From: a virus
Taxonomy: Duplodnaviria; Caudoviricetes
IMG/VR virus record: IMGVR_UViG_3300030005_000006
Coordinates: 1-38,996 of that record
Length of the DNA: 38,996 nt
Reading direction: 5' to 3' (one strand)
This document shows, piece by piece, positions 34,657 through 38,996 of this stretch. The position numbers and the translations under genes are program-made. Within the stretch, counting starts at the first letter, position 1, and each line of letters starts with the position of its first letter. Below the pieces are notes generated by a model. The model saw only the letters and a program-made list of their open reading frames with translations, did no database searches and was not told where the DNA came from.

Positions 34657-35082
34657 ATGGCGCTGGTCATTGGTAAAAAAGAATCACGTATCATCCCGGT
34701 GGAAGCTAAAGAGCCCTTGGATGGCGATAAAGTTACACTGCATAAATTTGATGTTGAATTTGAAATCATCCCGCGTGACCTCTGGTCGTCAATGTCCGAG
34801 CGCTGGGAAGAGCTTGCCCAGCAACTAAGGGCCAGCCCCGATGCAATGACGGGCGATGATAGCAAAGAAGCGCGTGAACCGATCTGGAAAATAGCCAAGC
34901 CGTATATACGGGCTATCGGCCCGCTGTTGGACGATAAAAAACAGCCCATGGAGTTCACGCCCGAACTGCTCGACGCCATTCTTGCCGAACCCTGGCTGCA
35001 ACAGCCTATTGCGGATGCTTTTATGTGCGTCCAGCTAGGACTTACCAATGCAGACTACCGGAAAACCCGCTTAAAAAACTGA
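34657..35082 (+). CDS. Tail assembly chaperone (gpG-like)
   Basis: Between tube and tape measure; ends KN-stop on a slippery site. Confidence 0.8.
   Translation: MALVIGKKESRIIPVEAKEPLDGDKVTLHKFDVEFEIIPRDLWSSMSERWEELAQQLRASPDAMTGDDSKEAREPIWKIAKPYIRAIGPLLDDKKQPMEFTPELLDAILAEPWLQQPIADAFMCVQLGLTNADYRKTRLKN
35073..35079 (+). other. Programmed -1 frameshift site A AAA AAC
   Basis: X XXY YYZ heptamer before the stop; downstream ORF is in the -1 frame with no ATG start nearby. Confidence 0.8.
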
Positions 35083-35516
35083 CTGCGGCGGGCTATTATT
35101 GGGTAACGTCTACTGAAAAACCGATGCCCTATGCCCCTAACAAGCCGCTCTCTGATACGGAATTTTTCGGCGTACCCAGCCTGGCAAAGAGTGTCGAAAA
35201 CCAACACGCTGGCAAACCGGATTGGTTCGTGGAATGGCTAGCCGAGAAACCGGGAACGACTGATTTTATCGTCTGGTTTGATGCCTGGGCAGCGATTGGC
35301 CTGTTTGCCACGCTGCAAACACAATGGCGCACCGGCTATGAAGGCGTGACCGGACTGGATTACACCGCTGTTATTGCGGTTATTTCTCTTAACTGCCAAC
35401 GAAAATCGGAACAAATGGCCTTGCTGGTTGACATACAGGCTCTCGAGCACGGCGCCCTAACCGGTATCAATGAGCAGCGCGAACAAGCCGCCAACGAGAC
35501 AACAGGAAAAAAATAA
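35073..35516 (+). CDS. Tail assembly chaperone gpT part (DUF1799-like), reached by frameshift
   Basis: W.A..LF..LQTQWR.G..G.TGLDY.AV..LE.GAL. Confidence 0.82.
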   Translation, partial: KKLTAAGYYWVTSTEKPMPYAPNKPLSDTEFFGVPSLAKSVENQHAGKPDWFVEWLAEKPGTTDFIVWFDAWAAIGLFATLQTQWRTGYEGVTGLDYTAVIAVISLNCQRKSEQMALLVDIQALEHGALTGINEQREQAANETTGKK

Positions 35517-38500
35517 TGGCAGCACCTATTGTACTGGGCATTACTATCCACGCCGATGGCAGTTCTCAAGTAACCGGTGAGCTGCACCGGATTCAGGCCG
35601 CCGTTAGCCAGACCGGAGCAGCCGCACAAACCACCTCACGCCAATTTTCCGAACTCGCAAATGGGCAACGGGAAGTTACATCAGCAACCAACGCCAGCGC
35701 CTCAGCATTCAACAGGTTTGGTATATCAGCCGCCGCCATGGCGGGTACTGTTGCCGGTATTGGTATGGCTATGTTGGGTAAAAGTATTATATCAACTACT
35801 GAGACGTTACAAAATCTTGAAGTCCGTATGCGGAGCCTCACCAAGAGCACCGATGATTACACACAAGCAACGGCCTATCTGGCAGAGGTATCCAACCGAC
35901 ACCATAAGGATTTAATCGGCTTAACGGATTCTTTTAGCAGGCTTTTGACGATAGAGCAAACGGGGATTATATCCCGTCAACAAAGTGCGGCCATTCTTGA
36001 AGGATTAAGCAACGCACAGAGCCGAACGGGGGCAAGTTCAGAACAATTAGGGCAATCAATGGTGGGGCTTACCCAGGCATTAAGCTCTGGCACGCTACAA
36101 TGGGAGGAAATGAAACAGGTCACTGAGCCTATTCCTGGACTAATGGTGAAAATTGCAGAAGCCGCAGGCTATACCGGACAATCAGCCGTAGGGGATTTTA
36201 AAAACGTCGTGGCAGCAGGCCAAGTCACTTCTGAAATGTTTGGACGTATCCTGGTCGGTTCATTGGCACAATATCAAGGCGCGGCTGAAGATGCAGGAAG
36301 CACGCTAACGGCAAAATATTCAGACATCCAAAACGCCTGGACAAATTTAGTTAAAGTGATCGAAACCCCTGTCGCTGATGTCTTAACCCCTGTTTTAACA
36401 GGTATTGCCATCGCCGTGGAAGATTTAGGACTTGCCGTCGGCTCATTAATGGCGAAATGGCGTCAATTAACAGGTCTGATAAAGTCAGGCGGGGCAGGTG
36501 ACAACGGGCAAGTTATCGACTTGACCGGACGCGCAAAGCCACCAGGCTATACAGACGCTAGCAGCGCTACAAAACAAACGACAGCGACAGCGGATGCGCT
36601 TGAAATTAGAAAACAGATAGAAGCCAACGCCACAACACACACTAAAGCTGCTGGCGCTCATCATGCCGCCTCAAAGGTACACAGTGCAGCGGCTAAAGCC
36701 ATTTCAGACGCGGCACGGGAAGAAGCGCAAGCCGTTAAAAGCCTGCAATCCGCTTATGAAAGCCAAGTGGCCTCCCTACTGGAAGCCAAAGCCACTCAAG
36801 CGGACACCAGCGCCACGGCGGCGATGGAATACAAAGTACAATCGGGCGCGCTTAAGAATCTGTCGGAAGAAAAAAAGCTGTATTTATTACAACTGACCGC
36901 TGAAAACCAAAACAACGAAAAGGATGCCAAAGCCAAAAAGACCCAAGCCGACGCAATGGCCGCCCTGGTCAGCCAATACAACCAACTCACCCTATCGGCA
37001 CGGGATTATTATCGGCTAACATTAACCACTAGCGGCATAGCGCCCAACCAACAAGCGCCCATCATGGCGCAATATGACAAGAATATCGCCAAAACGTCAG
37101 AAACAGCCAGTATCGCCAAGGATGCCGACGCCTTAAAGTCTTATGTTGCCGCCTTAGACCAGGCCAAGGTTAAAACCAGCGACTTGGGCGCTATCACATC
37201 TGGGGTATTTGATGGCGCTCTGGGCGGTATCAATGCCATGGCGGGAGCTTTTGACCTGATGGTTAATTCCATCACGGAAAACACCGTGGCGCTGGCCGAA
37301 AATGCCCGGATGCAGAAATTAAACGAGGCCAACCCCAAGGCCATTGATTACCAGAAAAATAAAATAAAGCTGTCAAAAGACGAGGCAACGCTTGAAAAAG
37401 GCAACCTAAATTCAACGCTCACTGGCCTTCGCCAGATTTCAGCCGGTGCAGCATCGATGTTCAACGAGCGCAGTACCGCCGCCAAAGCCTTTAACACCTT
37501 GTCACAAGGGCTGGCCGCTGCCCAGATGGTTATGAACGCCGCTACCATGGCGTCTAATTTCACAACGACAGAAACCGGCGTTGCGGCAGGCGCGGCGCAA
37601 ATGTTCGCCCAGTCAGGCTGGGCAGGCTTTGCCGGGGTTGCGGCCATGTTGGCGGTGATGGCAACCTTGGGTTTTGCCAGCGGTGGCAGTAGCACAAGCA
37701 AAGCGGCGGACATGACGCCGGAACAAAAAGCCGCCACCGCAGGCGGAGGCACCTCTCTAGGCGACCCGCTTAAACTCTCGGAAAGCATCAACAACTCACT
37801 CACGCTTTTAAACGACATCAACGCCGCGCAATACGTCGAGTTAATGGGCATCAACGACGGTATTAAAAACCTGACCGACGCCATCAAGCAAACCATCGCC
37901 AATGTGTTTAAAGCCGGGGGCTTAACCTCGTTTGAACCCAATAAGAAAAACGTTAACACCATTGCCACGGGGATCTGGACAGACCCTATCGCCTTTGGGG
38001 ATATCCTGGCGGGCGCAATCGTCAGGTCACGGCAAGCCGATGTAGTCCAAACCGGCCACGGCGGCGGATTCTTTGGCGGCCAAAAAACCTACACCTACCA
38101 ACTGCAACTTTCCCAACTGGATTCAGGCATTGCCAAAGGCATTAATGACATATTTGCCAGCATTGGCGATACCATGTTGGGTTTATCAAGAGCGTTAGGC
38201 CAGGGTCTTGAGGGAAAACTAAGGCAAGCGGTTATCCCGTCCATCTCCCTTGATTTAAAAGGCTTGACCGGCGAAGAGGCCGCTAAAAAGCTTAATAACG
38301 TCATTAGCGCCGCCATGGACCGCATGGCCACCAGTGTCTTTGGCGACATCATTGGTAAATACCAGCAACTCGGGGAAGGCATGTTGGAGACCGCCGTCCG
38401 GGTGGTTGCTGAAGTGGCGGTCGTCAAGGATGCCTTTTCAGTTTCAAAGCAAACCATTGGCCGTGATGCCCTGGCGATTGCCGATGGTATCGTGACCTTT

Positions 38501-38996
38501 GCCGGGGGGCTTAAAGAGTTCCAAGACCAATTTGGCGTCTATCTCGACAAATTCAACGGCGACCGGGAAAAAGCCATCAGGCAACAAAAACAACTGGCCG
38601 AAGCGCTGAAAACAGTTGACCTTGCCTTGCCCACGACGCGCGAGGGCTATCGCAAATTACTGGAGTCGTTGGACATGACCAACCACGCCAATATTGAGCG
38701 CTATGCCATGCTCATTAAATTAAGCACAGCTGCCGATGCGTATTACTCGGCACAGGCGAGCCTTGCCAAGTTCAAAAAAGACCAGGAGATAGCCCTAATG
38801 GAAGCCCAAGGCCGTACCCTGGCGGCGTTAAATGCCAAGCGCCAGCAGGAAATAGACGCCCTCGACAAGCGCTACCAATGGCAACAAAAGCTCATCAACG
38901 CGACACAAGATGTCAGCGATGCTTATGCCAAGGCTGAAAGCGTATTGACCAGCATTAAAACCCAGTTTGACGGCATTGCCGATAAATTAAAGGCGT
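35516..38996 (+). CDS. Tail tape measure protein, allele B (3'-truncated by window edge)
   Basis: ATG overlapping the upstream TAA (MAAPIVLGITIHADGS); tape-measure domain QALSSGTLQWEEM; in frame with the allele A sequence; absent from the ORF track because it has no stop in the window. Confidence 0.92.
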   Translation, partial: MAAPIVLGITIHADGSSQVTGELHRIQAAVSQTGAAAQTTSRQFSELANGQREVTSATNASASAFNRFGISAAAMAGTVAGIGMAMLGKSIISTTETLQNLEVRMRSLTKSTDDYTQATAYLAEVSNRHHKDLIGLTDSFSRLLTIEQTGIISRQQSAAILEGLSNAQSRTGASSEQLGQSMVGLTQALSSGTLQWEEMKQVTEPIPGLMVKIAEAAGYTGQSAVGDFKNVVAAGQVTSEMFGRILVGSLAQYQGAAEDAGSTLTAKYSDIQNAWTNLVKVIETPVADVLTPVLTGIAIAVEDLGLAVGSLMAKWRQLTGLIKSGGAGDNGQVIDLTGRAKPPGYTDASSATKQTTATADALEIRKQIEANATTHTKAAGAHHAASKVHSAAAKAISDAAREEAQAVKSLQSAYESQVASLLEAKATQADTSATAAMEYKVQSGALKNLSEEKKLYLLQLTAENQNNEKDAKAKKTQADAMAALVSQYNQLTLSARDYYRLTLTTSGIAPNQQAPIMAQYDKNIAKTSETASIAKDADALKSYVAALDQAKVKTSDLGAITSGVFDGALGGINAMAGAFDLMVNSITENTVALAENARMQKLNEANPKAIDYQKNKIKLSKDEATLEKGNLNSTLTGLRQISAGAASMFNERSTAAKAFNTLSQGLAAAQMVMNAATMASNFTTTETGVAAGAAQMFAQSGWAGFAGVAAMLAVMATLGFASGGSSTSKAADMTPEQKAATAGGGTSLGDPLKLSESINNSLTLLNDINAAQYVELMGINDGIKNLTDAIKQTIANVFKAGGLTSFEPNKKNVNTIATGIWTDPIAFGDILAGAIVRSRQADVVQTGHGGGFFGGQKTYTYQLQLSQLDSGIAKGINDIFASIGDTMLGLSRALGQGLEGKLRQAVIPSISLDLKGLTGEEAAKKLNNVISAAMDRMATSVFGDIIGKYQQLGEGMLETAVRVVAEVAVVKDAFSVSKQTIGRDALAIADGIVTFAGGLKEFQDQFGVYLDKFNGDREKAIRQQKQLAEALKTVDLALPTTREGYRKLLESLDMTNHANIERYAMLIKLSTAADAYYSAQASLAKFKKDQEIALMEAQGRTLAALNAKRQQEIDALDKRYQWQQKLINATQDVSDAYAKAESVLTSIKTQFDGIADKLKA
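36598..38996 (+). repeat. Diverged direct repeat, copy 2 (partner 1-2519), net 120 bp shorter
   Basis: Offset 36597 at the left end and 36477 at the right end. Confidence 0.97.

Larger units (their letters stand above)
1..36597. mobile_element. Complete, circularly permuted temperate siphophage genome unit (lambdoid early region, Mu-like head, non-contractile tail)
   Basis: All modules present once; position 36598 onward repeats position 1; attP-type junction is internal; no host genes seen. Confidence 0.93.

Noticed and set aside
37348-38457. Minus-strand ORFs of 206 and 120 aa
   Set aside because: Shadows of tape measure allele B, which the ORF track omits because it lacks a stop
1-38996. 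CRISPR array, diversity-generating retroelement or retron
   Set aside because: No spaced repeat array, no reverse transcriptase motifs, and the tape measure differences are not adenine-specific

Overview
The whole window is temperate siphophage DNA with no host genes. It holds one complete, circularly permuted genome unit of about 36.5 kb that starts and ends inside the tape measure gene. Gene order: tape measure C-terminal part, tail-tip genes, holin, an attP-type site (3' part of tRNA-Met(CAT) flanked by IHF sites), tyrosine integrase and xis, a leftward early operon (KilA-N, RecT, YqaJ), a lambdoid cI/cro switch with four ATACG-N4-CGTAT operators, an antisense brnTA pair, O/P-like replication genes, RusA-like resolvase, M15 endolysin, Mor activator, PBSX-type terminase, a Mu-like head module (DUF935 portal, MuF with a nuclease-like C-terminus, gpG, protease I, capsid, gp36) interrupted by a reverse-strand fibre/SGNH cassette, then the siphoviral tail genes. 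Bases 36598-38996 repeat 1-2519 as a diverged tape measure allele that is 40 aa shorter. Strongest leads: (1) a self-promoted structured small RNA sitting where an immunity gene is expected behind the MuF nuclease domain; (2) a complete C4-type antisense circuit wired to a lipoprotein instead of an antirepressor; (3) a protein with a GyrB/ParE N-terminal-arm-like motif; (4) nested domain repeats inside the tail tube protein; (5) a symmetric bidirectional late promoter driving an inverted structural cassette; (6) two tape measure alleles. All family assignments come from motif recognition by eye; no searches were run.
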